Source: Nitrospinaceae bacterium (GTDB lineage Bacteria; Nitrospinota; Nitrospinia; Nitrospinales; Nitrospinaceae). Taken from it: a DNA stretch of 64,000 nucleotides. Positions 10,105-21,893 of this stretch are shown here, one piece after another. Location: contig OZ250172.1 in the NCBI GenBank assembly GCA_965237905.1, positions 2,720,001 to 2,784,000 of the forward strand. Direction: 5' to 3'. The position numbers and the translations under genes are program-made. Positions within the stretch are counted from its first letter, which is position 1; every line of letters starts with the position of its first letter. The notes below the pieces were generated by a model. That model searched no databases. It was not told where the DNA came from and saw nothing but the letters and a program-made list of their open reading frames with translations.

Positions 10105-10506
10105 ATGGATAAGCCAAAAAAAGAGCCCATTGCGTTACGCCATCAGCAGGAACAGAAGCTGTGCCTGAACTGTGGTTTTCCCAACCGGCCTTCCGACACG
10201 CGTTGCATGTACTGTAACGCCAGTGTTTCGGAAGATAAGGGCCTGATTGCCTGGCTTCGCCAAACCTATTATGTTTTGCGCTGGCGTTGGCAACTCAAGC
10301 ATAAGCGTGAAAATATCGATCACCAACCTCGCAAAAAGGTTTACCGTTTCTTCGGTTACTTTATGGTTGGCCTGGTTTTAACCCTGGCAGGGGCCTATTT
10401 CTTTATCACCTCGCTGGCTGAGAACAGTTTTACCAGCGGTTTGATCGCCACACTCCTTCTATTGTACGGATTCTTTACCTTTAAATCCCTATTCTCCCAA
10501 AAATAG
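10105..10506 (+). CDS. Zinc-ribbon membrane protein, hypothetical
   Basis: CLNC...CMYC followed by two C-terminal TM helices. Confidence 0.7.
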   Translation: MDKPKKEPIALRHQQEQKLCLNCGFPNRPSDTRCMYCNASVSEDKGLIAWLRQTYYVLRWRWQLKHKRENIDHQPRKKVYRFFGYFMVGLVLTLAGAYFFITSLAENSFTSGLIATLLLLYGFFTFKSLFSQK

Positions 10507-10653
10507 AGTACTTCTTAGACCACTCATCGCGGAATTTCTGCAACGATCCTATCGGCTCTACGGTCGGGATACAAAGTCCTGAAATCTGTTATCATTTAAA
10601 GAGATGTATCTTTGGCGCGTAGGAAGGCATCTTAATTGCGAGGATTATGAAGA

Positions 10654-13146
10654 ATGTCTGAAACGAACACAATTAAAGGCCGACATATTACCCTCCCAGT
10701 GAAAGGGATGAGTTGCGCCAGTTGCGCCTCCCGTATTGAAAAAAAGGTCGGGGAGCTGGATGGCGTCGACCAGGCCGGCGTCAATTTCGGCGCTGAATCC
10801 GTTACCGTGGACTTTGACCCTGACCGTATCTCCTCAGAATCAATTATACAAACTATTGAAAAAATTGGATTTAGTATCCCAACGGTGAAGAGGACCTTGC
10901 CCGTGGAAGGCATGACCTGTGCCTCCTGTGTCTCCCGCGTCGAAAAAAAACTACGAAGCCTGGAGGGGGTGACGGATGCGCAGGTCAACCTCGCCAACGA
11001 GCGCGCCACGGTCGAATACTTGGAGTCCCATCTGGAGATGAAGGACTTCCAGGATGCCCTGGAGCAAATCGGTTTTCACGTGCCTCAAGAGGAAATTGAG
11101 AACCTGTCCAACCGGGATCTGGAGCAAGAGCGGCACCGGCAGGAAACCCGGCTATTGACCCTTAAATTGGTTTTCAGCGGCTTTGCCGGGGCCCTTATCA
11201 TGGCTGGAAGCATGCGGGATACGCTGGGATTTCTCCCGGCGTGGGAGTCTGAGACCTATCATTTTCTGTTTTTTCTATTAGCCACTCCGGTTCAATTTTG
11301 GGGCGGTTGGCAATTTTACAGGGGCACGTGGACGGGCCTCAAGCACGGTTACGCCGACATGAACACCTTGATCGCCGTTGGGACCTCGGTGGCTTATGCC
11401 TACAGCGTGTTCGCTACATTTTTCCCATCGGCTCTCAAAACGTTCGGGCCGGAAGTCCTGGTGTATTACGACACCTCGGCCATGATCATCACCCTTGTGT
11501 TGATGGGCCGCCTGCTGGAAGCCCGGGCCAAGGGCCGGGCCTCGGACGCCATTAAAAAACTGATCGGCCTGCAACCCAAAACCGCACGCGTCGAACGCGA
11601 AGGCAGAGAACTCGATATTCCGGTGGAACAGGTTGTTCAAGATGATATCCTCCTCGTCCGGCCGGGAGAGAAAATCCCCGTGGACGGTGTTCTTGTGGAG
11701 TGGCCGACCACGATTGACGAGTCGATGATCACTGGAGAAAGCATCCCCGTCGAAAAACAGGTCGGGGACCCCGTTATCGGCGCCAGCCTCAACAAAACCG
11801 GATATTTTAAAATGAGAGCCACCCGCCTGGGGAAAGATTCGGTGCTGGCGCACATCATCAAGATGGTGGAAGAGGCTCAGGGATCGAAAGCTCCGGTTCA
11901 ACGATTGGCAGATCAAGTGGCGGGGATTTTCGTTCCCACGGTGATCGGCCTCGCGAGCCTCGCGTTTATTATCTGGTGGGTTTGGGGCTCCTCACTGGCC
12001 GCGCTTCCGACGGACCCGTTTTTGTTTGCGATGATGATCTTTATTTCTGTGATGATCATCGCTTGCCCCTGCGCGCTGGGTTTGGCGACACCCACTGCGA
12101 TCATGGTGGGAACCGGGCGGGGGGCGGAGTTGGGCGTTTTGATCAAAGGCGGGGAAATCCTCGAACAGGCGCAGAGGATCGATACGGTCGTGTTCGATAA
12201 AACCGGAACGCTTACCTTGGGCCAGCCGGAGGTGACGGATATCGCCATTCCCCCCGACCAGGACATGAACGATATTGAATTGCTATCCTTGGCCGCTTCG
12301 CTGGAAAAGGGATCGGAACATCCGCTGGGCGAGGCGGTGGTGGCCGCCGCGAAAAAGCGCGATATCCTTTTGGCACCCATGGAGGATTTCAGGGCGCTCC
12401 CCGGTTTCGGTGCGCAGGCGCGCGTGGATGGTCATGATGTGGTTTTGGGCAACCGCAAGCTGATGGAAGGGAAAGGCCTGGATCTTTCCGCCGTCGAAAC
12501 CGAACTGGAAGTATGGACCCGTGAGGGCAAAACTCCCATGCTGGTTCAGGTGGATGGACGTCTGGGGGGTATGATCGCCGCCGCCGATCAGATCAAACCT
12601 CACGCCATAGAAGCCGTGGCGCGGCTGAAAAAAAAGGGGATGAAGGTGATTATGATTACCGGAGATCATGCTCTGACCGCCCGCGCTGTGGCTGATGTCC
12701 TGGGTATCGATGAAGTTCTCGCCGAGGTGCTTCCCGGTGACAAGGCGAATGAGGTGAGACAATTGATGGATCAGGGACGCTTCGTCGCCATGGTGGGAGA
12801 CGGCATCAATGATGCCCCGGCACTGGCGCAGGCGCATATCGGGATCGCCATGGGGTCGGGTACCGATGTTGCCATGGAAACCTCGGACATCACTCTCATG
12901 TCCCGGAACCTGAACGCCGTGGTCGATGCCATTGACCTCAGCCGGTCGACCCTGCGGAAAATCAAGCAGAACCTGTTCTGGGCGTTCTTCTATAACATTC
13001 TGGGCATCCCCATCGCCGCCGGAATACTTTATCCAGCGTACGGCATTCTTCTAAAACCTTTGTTTGCCGCGGCGGCCATGTCGTTCAGTTCCGTTTCCGT
13101 GGTCAGTAATTCCCTTCTGCTGAAACGGTTTAAACCTTCCCGCTAG
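10654..13146 (+). CDS. copA: Cu(I)-translocating P1B-type ATPase
   Basis: Two GMxCASC HMA domains; TGES, CPC, DKTGT, GDGIND, YN and MxxSS motifs. Confidence 0.95.
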   Translation: MSETNTIKGRHITLPVKGMSCASCASRIEKKVGELDGVDQAGVNFGAESVTVDFDPDRISSESIIQTIEKIGFSIPTVKRTLPVEGMTCASCVSRVEKKLRSLEGVTDAQVNLANERATVEYLESHLEMKDFQDALEQIGFHVPQEEIENLSNRDLEQERHRQETRLLTLKLVFSGFAGALIMAGSMRDTLGFLPAWESETYHFLFFLLATPVQFWGGWQFYRGTWTGLKHGYADMNTLIAVGTSVAYAYSVFATFFPSALKTFGPEVLVYYDTSAMIITLVLMGRLLEARAKGRASDAIKKLIGLQPKTARVEREGRELDIPVEQVVQDDILLVRPGEKIPVDGVLVEWPTTIDESMITGESIPVEKQVGDPVIGASLNKTGYFKMRATRLGKDSVLAHIIKMVEEAQGSKAPVQRLADQVAGIFVPTVIGLASLAFIIWWVWGSSLAALPTDPFLFAMMIFISVMIIACPCALGLATPTAIMVGTGRGAELGVLIKGGEILEQAQRIDTVVFDKTGTLTLGQPEVTDIAIPPDQDMNDIELLSLAASLEKGSEHPLGEAVVAAAKKRDILLAPMEDFRALPGFGAQARVDGHDVVLGNRKLMEGKGLDLSAVETELEVWTREGKTPMLVQVDGRLGGMIAAADQIKPHAIEAVARLKKKGMKVIMITGDHALTARAVADVLGIDEVLAEVLPGDKANEVRQLMDQGRFVAMVGDGINDAPALAQAHIGIAMGSGTDVAMETSDITLMSRNLNAVVDAIDLSRSTLRKIKQNLFWAFFYNILGIPIAAGILYPAYGILLKPLFAAAAMSFSSVSVVSNSLLLKRFKPSR

Positions 13147-13189
13147 TCGGCCCGATAACCGGATGATTTACCTTGAAGAGTAGGAGTCG

Positions 13190-14197
13190 CTACTTGAGAG
13201 TGAATTGCGGTTGCTTGCGAAAGCTTTTGCTGTAACGGAACGATCCATCCTCCAGCACCAGCATCGCTTCGACATTTGCCATGGAATCGACCCATTCGAT
13301 TCCCTTGTCTGGCCCCATGACGAAAACGGCGGTCGCCAGAGCATCGGCGTCCATGACTTCCGTGGTGGTGACGGTCGCGGAGATCATCAAACGCGCGGGC
13401 CTTCCGGTTTGTGGATCGAAGATGTGATGGTAGCGTACGCCGTCTTTGATGAAATACCGTTGGTAATCGCCGGAGGTGGCGACGGCCTGGTTTTTTACGG
13501 CGAAAGCCGCCAGCAGTTCCTGCGGTTTGCGTGGATGCTGGAGACCGATGTTCCAGGAGGTCTGCTTGTTTTTTTGACCGAAGGCAAACAGGTCTCCCCC
13601 GGCGTTGACGATGCCGTTCGATATCCTGCCACGTAATATGGAGATGGCGCGATCGACCGCGTAGCCTTTGGCCAGTCCACCGACGTTGATGGCCATGCCG
13701 CGCAGCTTCAGTCGCACGGTGTGATCCTTTATTTCAATATTCTTGTAATTGACCAGGGAGGCTGTTTTGCGAATGGTATTATCAGCGGGAATGATTTCCT
13801 TCTCTCCGTCAAAATCCCATAGCTGCACCAGAGGTTCAACGGTAATGTCGAACGCTCCGCCGGACTGCTCGGACCAATAGATGCCTTCCCGAATCACTTC
13901 TTCCACTTCGCAGGATACGGGGATGGCCTCTTTGCCTGCGGCACGGTTGATGCGGGAGATTTCCGAATCGGGGAGATAGGTACTCATCAATTGTTCGATG
14001 CGTGTCATCTCGTCAAAGGCCTGGGTGGTGACGGTTTGGATAATATCCGGGTCGGAATGGGAAACGGTGATTTCCACCAGCGTTCCCATGATGAACTGCG
14101 TGCGGCGAGTGGGTTGTTTGTCAGCGCCATCGCAGGCGTTGAGGACGATCCCCAGCCACAAGAATACGGCGATTGATTTAAAGGAGAGGCGTTTCAT
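13190..14197 (-). CDS. apbE: FAD:protein FMN transferase lipoprotein
   Basis: Lipobox LNAC; MGT, GGLAKGYAVD, ATSGDYQRY, HHIFDP and ADALAT motifs. Confidence 0.93.
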   Translation of the reverse strand: MKRLSFKSIAVFLWLGIVLNACDGADKQPTRRTQFIMGTLVEITVSHSDPDIIQTVTTQAFDEMTRIEQLMSTYLPDSEISRINRAAGKEAIPVSCEVEEVIREGIYWSEQSGGAFDITVEPLVQLWDFDGEKEIIPADNTIRKTASLVNYKNIEIKDHTVRLKLRGMAINVGGLAKGYAVDRAISILRGRISNGIVNAGGDLFAFGQKNKQTSWNIGLQHPRKPQELLAAFAVKNQAVATSGDYQRYFIKDGVRYHHIFDPQTGRPARLMISATVTTTEVMDADALATAVFVMGPDKGIEWVDSMANVEAMLVLEDGSFRYSKSFRKQPQFTLK

Positions 14198-14200
14198 TTC

Positions 14201-15952
14201 TCAGGTTTTCAGTTCGTTGACGAGGATTTCGCGGTTGTACACTGCCTGAACGTCGGACCGGCGGAGCAGGCCGATCACTTTTTTGGAATCGCCGACTTTC
14301 ACCACCGGCATTTGTTCGACATCCAACTCGGAAAACTTTGCCAAGGCTTCGTTCAGGTTGTGATTGGGTTTTAAAGTCACCACATCGGATGTGGCAAGGT
14401 CGCGGGCGAGGGCGGTTTCTTCCATGCCTTCTTTTTGGGCGGCGTCACGGATATCTGAAAACGAAATGATTCCTACCATATCTCCCTCCCGGTTCACCAC
14501 TGGATAATACAGATGACGTGAATAGGATACGATTTCCAGAATTTTTTTGAAAGGCATTTCCTCGGGAATGGTGACAACTTCTTGCGTCATCACGTCGCGA
14601 ACGAACATGCTACTCAAGATAGATATGGCCTTACCGTGTTGGATGTTGATGCCCCGATTGAGCAAGGACTGAACGTAAATGGAATTTTTTGTGAAGCGCC
14701 GCATCGTGTAAGTGGCGACAATACAACAAACCATGCTAGGAAGAACGATGGTGTAGTCCTGGGTCATTTCAAACAGGATGAGAATACTGGTCAAGGGAGC
14801 TTGCATCACCGCACTGGCCAGAGCGGTCATGCCTACCAGTGCATAGGTTTCACTGGACGCGGTCCAGTCGGGAAGCATTCCGTGAACCGCGGCTCCGAAG
14901 GTAGCGCCGACCATGGCACCAATGAACAGGGAAGGCGCAAAGGTTCCGCCAATGCCACCGGAACCGAGGGTCACGGCGGTGGCGATGATTTTGGTGAAAA
15001 TCAAGGCCAGCGCCATGCCCCAGAACAAGTTGCCGTTCAGGACCTGCTCCATCTCCGGGAACCCGTTGCCCTGTATCTGGGGAGTGAGTAATGCCAAAAG
15101 TCCGACGACCAATCCCCCGAGGGCCGGCTTGAGAATGATTGAAATGTTGACCTGTTCGTCGAAAAACTTCTGGCTTCGATAGTAGGCCTGTGTGAACAGA
15201 TGCGCTGTGATTCCGCACAGGATTCCGAGAAGGAGGTAAAAGAATATTTCTGAAGGATTGACCACCTCATGTATCGGGGTCTGGAAGGTCATCTTGTCAC
15301 CTTCGAGGGCATGTCCCGTCACCGTTCCCATAACCGAGGCGATAATGATAGGGCTGAGGGAATAGATGGTGAATTCGCCGAGAATGATTTCCATCACGAA
15401 GATCATTCCCGCCAAAGGCGCGTTGAAAGTTGCCGCGATGCCCGCCGCGGCACCGCACCCGACCATGATCCGGATGCGTTCATTCGAAAGCTTCATCCAC
15501 TGACCGAACACCGAACCGATCACGGAGCAAATTTGCACCGTGGGTCCGACTCTTCCGGCTGATCCCCCGGACCCGATAGTGATGGAAGAGGTGAGAGCGC
15601 AGACGGACAACGTCCGCTTGCGTATTTTTCCGTTTTTCAGCACGACCGCTTCCATGACGCGGTCGACGCCATTCTCCGCAACGGCTTCCGGAAAATAACG
15701 GCGCGCGAGGCCGATCACCAAACCTCCCAGCATCGGCATGAAGGGCATCAGGACCATCACCAACCCGGCGGAGAGTCCCATCAACAGACCCTCCCCGGAA
15801 AATACCCGTGCAAAAAAATCGATCATCCACCGGAACACGGTGGAGGCGGCGCCGGCGAGAATTCCAATTACTGCGGCCAGGATGAGCAGGTGATATTCCT
15901 TGCCAAAAAAACTTTTGATTCCTGTTGGTATTGCGTCGGTTGGCTCGTTCAT
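14201..15952 (-). CDS. ClC-family anion channel/transporter with tandem CBS domains
   Basis: GGSAGRVGP, GAAAGIAATFNAPL, GGTFAP and SIY motifs, with a C-terminal CBS pair. Confidence 0.92.
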   Translation of the reverse strand: MNEPTDAIPTGIKSFFGKEYHLLILAAVIGILAGAASTVFRWMIDFFARVFSGEGLLMGLSAGLVMVLMPFMPMLGGLVIGLARRYFPEAVAENGVDRVMEAVVLKNGKIRKRTLSVCALTSSITIGSGGSAGRVGPTVQICSVIGSVFGQWMKLSNERIRIMVGCGAAAGIAATFNAPLAGMIFVMEIILGEFTIYSLSPIIIASVMGTVTGHALEGDKMTFQTPIHEVVNPSEIFFYLLLGILCGITAHLFTQAYYRSQKFFDEQVNISIILKPALGGLVVGLLALLTPQIQGNGFPEMEQVLNGNLFWGMALALIFTKIIATAVTLGSGGIGGTFAPSLFIGAMVGATFGAAVHGMLPDWTASSETYALVGMTALASAVMQAPLTSILILFEMTQDYTIVLPSMVCCIVATYTMRRFTKNSIYVQSLLNRGINIQHGKAISILSSMFVRDVMTQEVVTIPEEMPFKKILEIVSYSRHLYYPVVNREGDMVGIISFSDIRDAAQKEGMEETALARDLATSDVVTLKPNHNLNEALAKFSELDVEQMPVVKVGDSKKVIGLLRRSDVQAVYNREILVNELKT

Positions 15953-16208
15953 CGGTTCCGGGGAAGGGGTTCAGTAACCATTTCATTATAAAGGGTGTGA
16001 GAGACCCTGACCAGCGGAGGGACAAAAGAATTTTTTCAGAGAGGCATGCCAGACGATTGCCTGCCGATGATCGTTATGATATGCTCGTCACCGCTCGTCA
16101 CCGCTCGTTAAGAAATGAGGGCACCCATCCTTTGGCTTTTTAGATTTTCGTCCCTCCGAAAGCCGGATGACCCCGGAACATTCAAAATTATTGTTAAGAG
16201 GAGACTCA

Positions 16209-16856
16209 ATGGTCAAGATTGCGCCTTCGATTTTATCAGCCGACTTCAGTCGGCTGGGAGAAGAAGTGAAAGCCGTGGAAGAAGCGGGAGCGGACTGGAT
16301 TCACGTGGATGTGATGGACGGGAAGTTTGTTCCCAATATCACCGTCGGTCCGCTGGTTGTCGAATCCTTGCGCAAAGTGACGAAGCTTCCCCTCGACGTG
16401 CATCTGATGATCGAGAACGCGGATCAATATATAGAAGATTTTGCCAACGCGGGTGCGGATATCATTTCCGTTCATGCCGAGGCCTGCCCGCACCTGCACC
16501 GCACCATCCAGAGCATCAAGGAAAACGGCGCCAAGGCGGGGGTGGTGTTGAACCCTGCGACGACCCTGTTCGCCCTCGATGAAATCATCGAACAGGTCGA
16601 CATGGTGCTGTTGATGTCAGTCAACCCCGGGTTCGGGGGTCAGACGTTCATCGGCTCCGTACTCAGCAAAATCGAACTGCTTCGCAATACCCTGAATAAA
16701 TCCGGTGTGGAGTTGGATGTGGAAGTGGATGGCGGGGTGAAGCCGGACAATGCAGCGACCATCAAACAAGCCGGGGCCAACGTGTTGGTGGCCGGATCCG
16801 CGATCTTCGGTAGTGATGATTATAAAAAAGCGATAGAGGATCTTCGGAACGCTTGA
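16209..16856 (+). CDS. rpe: Ribulose-phosphate 3-epimerase
   Basis: [27 protein letters not shown] and VDGG motifs; GAGGAG RBS before ATG 16209. Confidence 0.97.
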   Translation: MVKIAPSILSADFSRLGEEVKAVEEAGADWIHVDVMDGKFVPNITVGPLVVESLRKVTKLPLDVHLMIENADQYIEDFANAGADIISVHAEACPHLHRTIQSIKENGAKAGVVLNPATTLFALDEIIEQVDMVLLMSVNPGFGGQTFIGSVLSKIELLRNTLNKSGVELDVEVDGGVKPDNAATIKQAGANVLVAGSAIFGSDDYKKAIEDLRNA

Positions 16857-16872
16857 GGGGGAACTCTGAGGG

Positions 16873-19164
16873 TCAGCGGGCGAACAGGTTCTTCCACCCA
16901 CCAAAAAACGCATGTACCTTGTTCCAGAACTCGGCGCTTTTTAGTTTCTGACGGGCTTCCTTCATGCCAGGGTCCAGGCGAAGCGCTTCTTCGTACGAAT
17001 GGATCGCGCCGGCATAGTTGGAATCTGCGGCATAGATCAATCCCAGATTATAATAGCCCGAGGCATAATCCGGTTTCAGCTCGATGGTTTTGCGGATCAT
17101 TTGTTCCGCGTCGCGGTTCTGGTACCGGCGCAGGTAGATGAGACCCAGGTTGTTGTACGCGAACGCGTATTCCAGGTCCAGACGAATCGCTTCCCGGTAT
17201 TCGTTTTCCGCTTTCATGAATTGATGGCTGTTGTCATACAAAAGGCCCAGATTGAAATGAACCTTGGACTCTTCAGGGTTCAACCGGATGGATTCCACAT
17301 ATTCTTTTTCAGCCAACCGGACTTTGTTCATTGATTCATAGAGGATGCCCAGATTGAAGCGGATTTGGGAGTCTTCAGGATTCAGCCGAGCCGCTTCCTT
17401 CAAAGCCGTTTCCGATTCCACATATTGGTCCAGTTTGAGATGCACCAGCCCCAGGTTATTGTACGTATCCGGATCCCCCGGTTTTAATTCCAGCGCCTGC
17501 TGGTATTTCCGCAGGGCTTCTTCCAACTGCTCCCGGCCTTCATACAAGATTCCCAGGTTGAACAGCGCATCGTAGTCCTCCGGGTTCGGGCCCAGGGTCG
17601 TGTGATAGGATTGCTCGGCCTGGTCCAAGTCCTCCAGATGCTCGTAGATCAGCGCCAGGTTGAAGTGGACAATATGATTCTCCGGATTCAAGGTGATGGC
17701 TTTTTGATAGACATTCAATGAAGCTTGATACTTTTCCTGACGATAGTAAATGACGCCCAACTTGATCCAGGCTTCCTCGATTTCCGGATGATGGTAAACC
17801 GTTTTTTGGAATACATTCTCAGCCGGGCCGTATTCTTTTCTTTGAAAATGCAAGTTGCCCAACAGATACAGGGCCTCCGGATTTTCCGGTTCCAGTGTCA
17901 AGGCGGTTTCCAATTCGGCAAAAGCCAGGTCGTATTGCTCCCGGAGGGTGTATAGCTTGGCCAGTTGTGCGTGGCCAAAAACATTTTCGCGGTCCAGTTG
18001 AGTCAATTCCGTGAGGATTTTTTCAGCGTGATCGTATTCTTCCAGCGACTCATACAGGTATCCCAGTTTGGAATACACCTCGCTGTCCATCGGGTCCAGC
18101 CGCAACACTCTGCGAAACGCTTCCAGAGCCAAACGATCCTGATCCTGCGCTTGGTACAACAGGCCCAGATTGTATTGGGCGTTGATGTAATACGGGTCCA
18201 GCTTTAAAGTGGTTTCAAATTCCTCTTCAGCCAGGGCATAATTCTTGAGTTGATAATAAAGCAGGCCCAGATTGTTGTGCGCGGCAGTGTATTTTGGATT
18301 GAGCCGTAACGCTTCCTTGTATTTTTCTTCGGCTTCTTCGAAACGTTTTTGTTCAAAACGCAGATAACCCAAGTGGTTGTGAATTTGGGCGTCGTTCGAC
18401 TTCAAGGATAGAGCCTTTTGGTACTGGTATTCCGCTTCGATGAAGTTTTTCTGGTTGGCCGCAATATTGCCCAGGAAAAAGTGAGCTTCCGCATTTTTGG
18501 GATCGAGCTCCAAAGTCTCTTTATATTTCGCCTCCGCTTTGTCCTGTTCTCCCAGATTGTTGTACAAGTTGGCTAAATCCAGATGCGCGAATACATTTTT
18601 AGGATTGATCTTGATGGCCGAACGGTATTCCCGCTCGGCTTCGAAAAAACGCTCCTGATCGAAATACAGATTACCCAGATTGTAACGGGCCTGTCCGTAA
18701 TCGGGGTCCAGTTGCAACGCTTTCAAATAGGATTGCTCGGCGGCGCAGTAGTTTTCCTGGCAGGCGTACAGGAGACCCAGATTGTGATGGGGAAGGGTGT
18801 ACTCGGGGTCGACTTCAAGCGCCCTCTTGTATTCGGTTTCGGCCTTGTCCCACTGCTTCTGTTCGTAATAAAGGGAACCGAGGTTGTTCCGGGTGCGGGC
18901 GTTATCGGGATCCAGTTCCAGGCTTTTCTGGTAATGATACTCCGCGTCGGAAATACGCTTCTGCTGGTGGGAAATGGCCCCCAGTCCCAAATGAGCCTCA
19001 GCAGAAAACGAATCATGCTGAAGCGCTTTCTGGTACTCGTGCTCGGCAAGGTCGTACATGGCTTTGCCCAGATAAAAATCGCCGAGGGCGCAAATGGCTT
19101 CTGCATCCCCAGGATTTTGACGAATATCCTGCTTGAACTGTTCTTCCTCTTCCCCGAAGTTCAT
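16873..19164 (-). CDS. Long tetratricopeptide repeat protein (about 20 repeats)
   Basis: Continuous 34-aa repeats of the type xNLGxLY...AL.L.P. Confidence 0.9.
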   Translation of the reverse strand: MNFGEEEEQFKQDIRQNPGDAEAICALGDFYLGKAMYDLAEHEYQKALQHDSFSAEAHLGLGAISHQQKRISDAEYHYQKSLELDPDNARTRNNLGSLYYEQKQWDKAETEYKRALEVDPEYTLPHHNLGLLYACQENYCAAEQSYLKALQLDPDYGQARYNLGNLYFDQERFFEAEREYRSAIKINPKNVFAHLDLANLYNNLGEQDKAEAKYKETLELDPKNAEAHFFLGNIAANQKNFIEAEYQYQKALSLKSNDAQIHNHLGYLRFEQKRFEEAEEKYKEALRLNPKYTAAHNNLGLLYYQLKNYALAEEEFETTLKLDPYYINAQYNLGLLYQAQDQDRLALEAFRRVLRLDPMDSEVYSKLGYLYESLEEYDHAEKILTELTQLDRENVFGHAQLAKLYTLREQYDLAFAELETALTLEPENPEALYLLGNLHFQRKEYGPAENVFQKTVYHHPEIEEAWIKLGVIYYRQEKYQASLNVYQKAITLNPENHIVHFNLALIYEHLEDLDQAEQSYHTTLGPNPEDYDALFNLGILYEGREQLEEALRKYQQALELKPGDPDTYNNLGLVHLKLDQYVESETALKEAARLNPEDSQIRFNLGILYESMNKVRLAEKEYVESIRLNPEESKVHFNLGLLYDNSHQFMKAENEYREAIRLDLEYAFAYNNLGLIYLRRYQNRDAEQMIRKTIELKPDYASGYYNLGLIYAADSNYAGAIHSYEEALRLDPGMKEARQKLKSAEFWNKVHAFFGGWKNLFAR

Positions 19165-19561
19165 ACTGATTTATCCTGACTGTTAATGTATAAATTTAGA
19201 GTAACGCCTAATCCACAATTTTTCCACAACGATTCGATACAATTTTAAAATTAGTTAAAACAATGAGTTATAGGTGAAAATATCGAGTCTTGGAACAAAT
19301 CGGAAGGTGAGAAATACTCATAACGATGAATCCTTAATGGAGGATATGAAGGTTTCAGGTTTGGGTCTTTATAGCAAGTGGGCGCAAATGAGTTAAGTAT
19401 GGAGAGCCATACCTGTTTCTCCATTTTTGGCCGGTTTATCCTTGTAAACGGTCTTGAAATCAGGCTAAAATCAGCCGACTCAAGGACTTATTTTTAAGTG
19501 TTGTCCAAGGCTTGGGAATCACCCGGCCTTGATTTATATTTTTCACGGGAGGATTACCACC

Positions 19562-19954
19562 ATGATGGGTATAGGTTTTCCAGAGTTGATGATCATTCTG
19601 GTCATCATCATGATTATTTTTGGGGCGGGTAAACTGCCGGAAATTGGTAGCGCCTTCGGACGCAGTATCAAGAACTTTAAAACGTCCATGAAAGAGGCGG
19701 AAGAAGCTGAGCAAACCGCTCAGGTTGAAGGGGGAGCCGAGGGACAAGCGCCGGCCGATGAACTTCAACAGGAAAATTTGAGCGATGAGGAAAAAGAACG
19801 TCTGGCCCGCGAAAAGGCTCAGACCGAAGGCGAAGCCAAAGACAAGGCTATGAAGGACCAGGCGGAAGCGTTCACGGCGTCGTTGCCGAGAAAAGGCAGT
19901 TACGATTTTGCCAAGGAACAGGCAGAACAGGCCGAAAAGAACGCTAAGGCATAA
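19562..19954 (+). CDS. tatA: Twin-arginine translocase TatA/E subunit
   Basis: MMGIGFPELMIILVIIMIIFGAGKLPEIGSAFGRSIKNFK; GGAGG RBS. Confidence 0.93.
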   Translation: MMGIGFPELMIILVIIMIIFGAGKLPEIGSAFGRSIKNFKTSMKEAEEAEQTAQVEGGAEGQAPADELQQENLSDEEKERLAREKAQTEGEAKDKAMKDQAEAFTASLPRKGSYDFAKEQAEQAEKNAKA

Positions 19955-20041
19955 AAAAGGGTTAACGCCGATGAGGCGTCGCGCCCTCTGTCAGCATCAG
20001 GTAGTCTTCCCGTATAGAAAGATAAGAGCCCTGACCTTGTA

Positions 20042-20350
20042 TTAGGTCCAGGGCTCTTTTAAATTGTCCTGCGTCCAGACCGACCAGCCGTCGATGTCTT
20101 TGTAAATCCCGTTGGTGTAAAAATTAAACGGATCGAAAAAGCGGATCCCCTGTTCGCGTTCCAATTCAAAATTAACCTGAGCGGCCTGAGCGGGATTATT
20201 CTTGCTCTCTATAAACTGCTTGCCGTCCACCCCGGACAACGTAAAAATCTCATCCATGATGTCCATGGGATAATCTCCAGAATCGACCACCCCCTGAACC
20301 TTGGCCATGATTTGTTCCACCGTCTCCGGAGGCAAATGATGCATTTTCAT
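20042..20350 (-). CDS. Hypothetical protein
   Basis: 102-aa ORF with GAAGGA RBS, downstream of nuoN. Confidence 0.6.
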   Translation of the reverse strand: MKMHHLPPETVEQIMAKVQGVVDSGDYPMDIMDEIFTLSGVDGKQFIESKNNPAQAAQVNFELEREQGIRFFDPFNFYTNGIYKDIDGWSVWTQDNLKEPWT

Positions 20351-20442
20351 AAGTCACTATCCTTCAATAAAGGTGCGTTTCCTGGATTATATAAAAATTT
20401 ACAGAATGATCCAGAGAAATTACTGCCGGAAACAACGGGGGA

Positions 20443-21876
20443 TCAGGGATGAGCAAGAGAGATGACGGGACCCGGGAACAGGCCCAGCTCCACCGTTCCC
20501 AGAACGCCGATGATAATCACCAGCAGGGTGATGGGAGTCAGGGATATTTGGAACTCACCTTTAGGTTCTTTCATGTACATGAAAACGATCACCTTCAGGT
20601 AGTAATAGAAGGAGATAGCGCTGTTCAGCACCGCCAGCACCACCAGAATCACGTAACCCTCGTTCAGCGCCGCCTGGAAGATGTAAAACTTGGCCACAAA
20701 CCCTGCCAGGGGGGGCAGTCCGCCCAGAGAAAGCAGGAATATGGACATGGCCAGGCCCAGTAAGGGAGCCTGGAATCCCAGGCCGGAATAATCTTCAAGC
20801 TCCAGGTTTTCCTTCCCGTCGCGGCCGAGGAGAATAACGATACCGAACGCTCCAAAGGTCATGAAGGAATATGCCAGCATATAAAAGAGCAGGGCGGAAC
20901 TGGCCAACGAGCTTTTGGCGATAATGGCGATCAGGATGTACCCGGCGTGAGAGATGCTGGAATAGGCCAGCAGACGCTTGATATTGGTCTGCATGATGGC
21001 TCCCAAATTGCCCACAAACATGGTGACCACGGCGACGATGCTCAGAAGCATTTCCCAAGTGGGGGCCAGCTCGGGCACGGCAACAGTGAAAACCCGGAAG
21101 AATGCCGCAAAAGCCGCGGCCTTGGGACCCACCGACATAAACGCTGTGACCGGAGTCGGCGCGCCCTGATAGACATCCGGTGTCCACATGTGAAACGGCA
21201 CCGAAGCGACCTTGAACCCGAATCCAGCCACCAGCAACACCACTCCCATCAACAGTAGCGGTTTGGAAAGGGCTTGACCATTGCTTAACGCTTCGGCAAT
21301 GCCGGCCAGTTTGGTGGTGCCTGTGGAACCGTAGAGGAGCGTCATGCCATACAACAGAAATCCCGTCGCAAAGGCACCCAGCAAGAAATATTTCAGAGCC
21401 GCTTCGTTGGACCGGGCATCTCCCCGGCGAATGCCCGCCAGGACATACAGGCATAGGGAGACGATTTCGATACCCAGGAAAATCATGATGAGATCGGTCG
21501 AGGAAGCCAGGATGATCATCCCCACCGTGCAGAACATAATCAGGCTGTAATATTCACCGACGCGGATTTTTTCCCGCCGGTTGTAATCGACTGAAAGCAG
21601 GATGGCCAGAGCCGAACTCAGGCAGAAAATCATCGTAAAGAAAACCGACATGTGGTCGACCACATAACTGCCGCCGAAGGAGGCCACCGGCCAGTCGGTT
21701 TTGGCGAAACTGCTGACTGCCGCCATCAGGAGACCTGTCAGGGCGACGAACACCAGGACGGATTTGTTTTTGCCGATAAACAAATCCATCAGCATCACCA
21801 GCATGGTGAATACACTGAGCACTAGAACAGGTGCCAGGCTGATCAAGTCAATTTCAGGTGCGGCAATCATTTCCAC
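20443..21876 (-). CDS. nuoN: NADH-quinone oxidoreductase subunit N
   Basis: EAALKYFLLG, FKVASVPFHMWTPDVYQGAPTP and KRLLAYSSISHAG motifs. Confidence 0.96.
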   Translation of the reverse strand: MEMIAAPEIDLISLAPVLVLSVFTMLVMLMDLFIGKNKSVLVFVALTGLLMAAVSSFAKTDWPVASFGGSYVVDHMSVFFTMIFCLSSALAILLSVDYNRREKIRVGEYYSLIMFCTVGMIILASSTDLIMIFLGIEIVSLCLYVLAGIRRGDARSNEAALKYFLLGAFATGFLLYGMTLLYGSTGTTKLAGIAEALSNGQALSKPLLLMGVVLLVAGFGFKVASVPFHMWTPDVYQGAPTPVTAFMSVGPKAAAFAAFFRVFTVAVPELAPTWEMLLSIVAVVTMFVGNLGAIMQTNIKRLLAYSSISHAGYILIAIIAKSSLASSALLFYMLAYSFMTFGAFGIVILLGRDGKENLELEDYSGLGFQAPLLGLAMSIFLLSLGGLPPLAGFVAKFYIFQAALNEGYVILVVLAVLNSAISFYYYLKVIVFMYMKEPKGEFQISLTPITLLVIIIGVLGTVELGLFPGPVISLAHP

Positions 21877-21893
21877 AACAAATCCTTTTACAG

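Noticed and set aside
16083..16110. GCTCGTCACC tandem repeat (about 2.8 copies)
   Set aside because: Short slippage repeat with no spacers; not CRISPR and no evident function.
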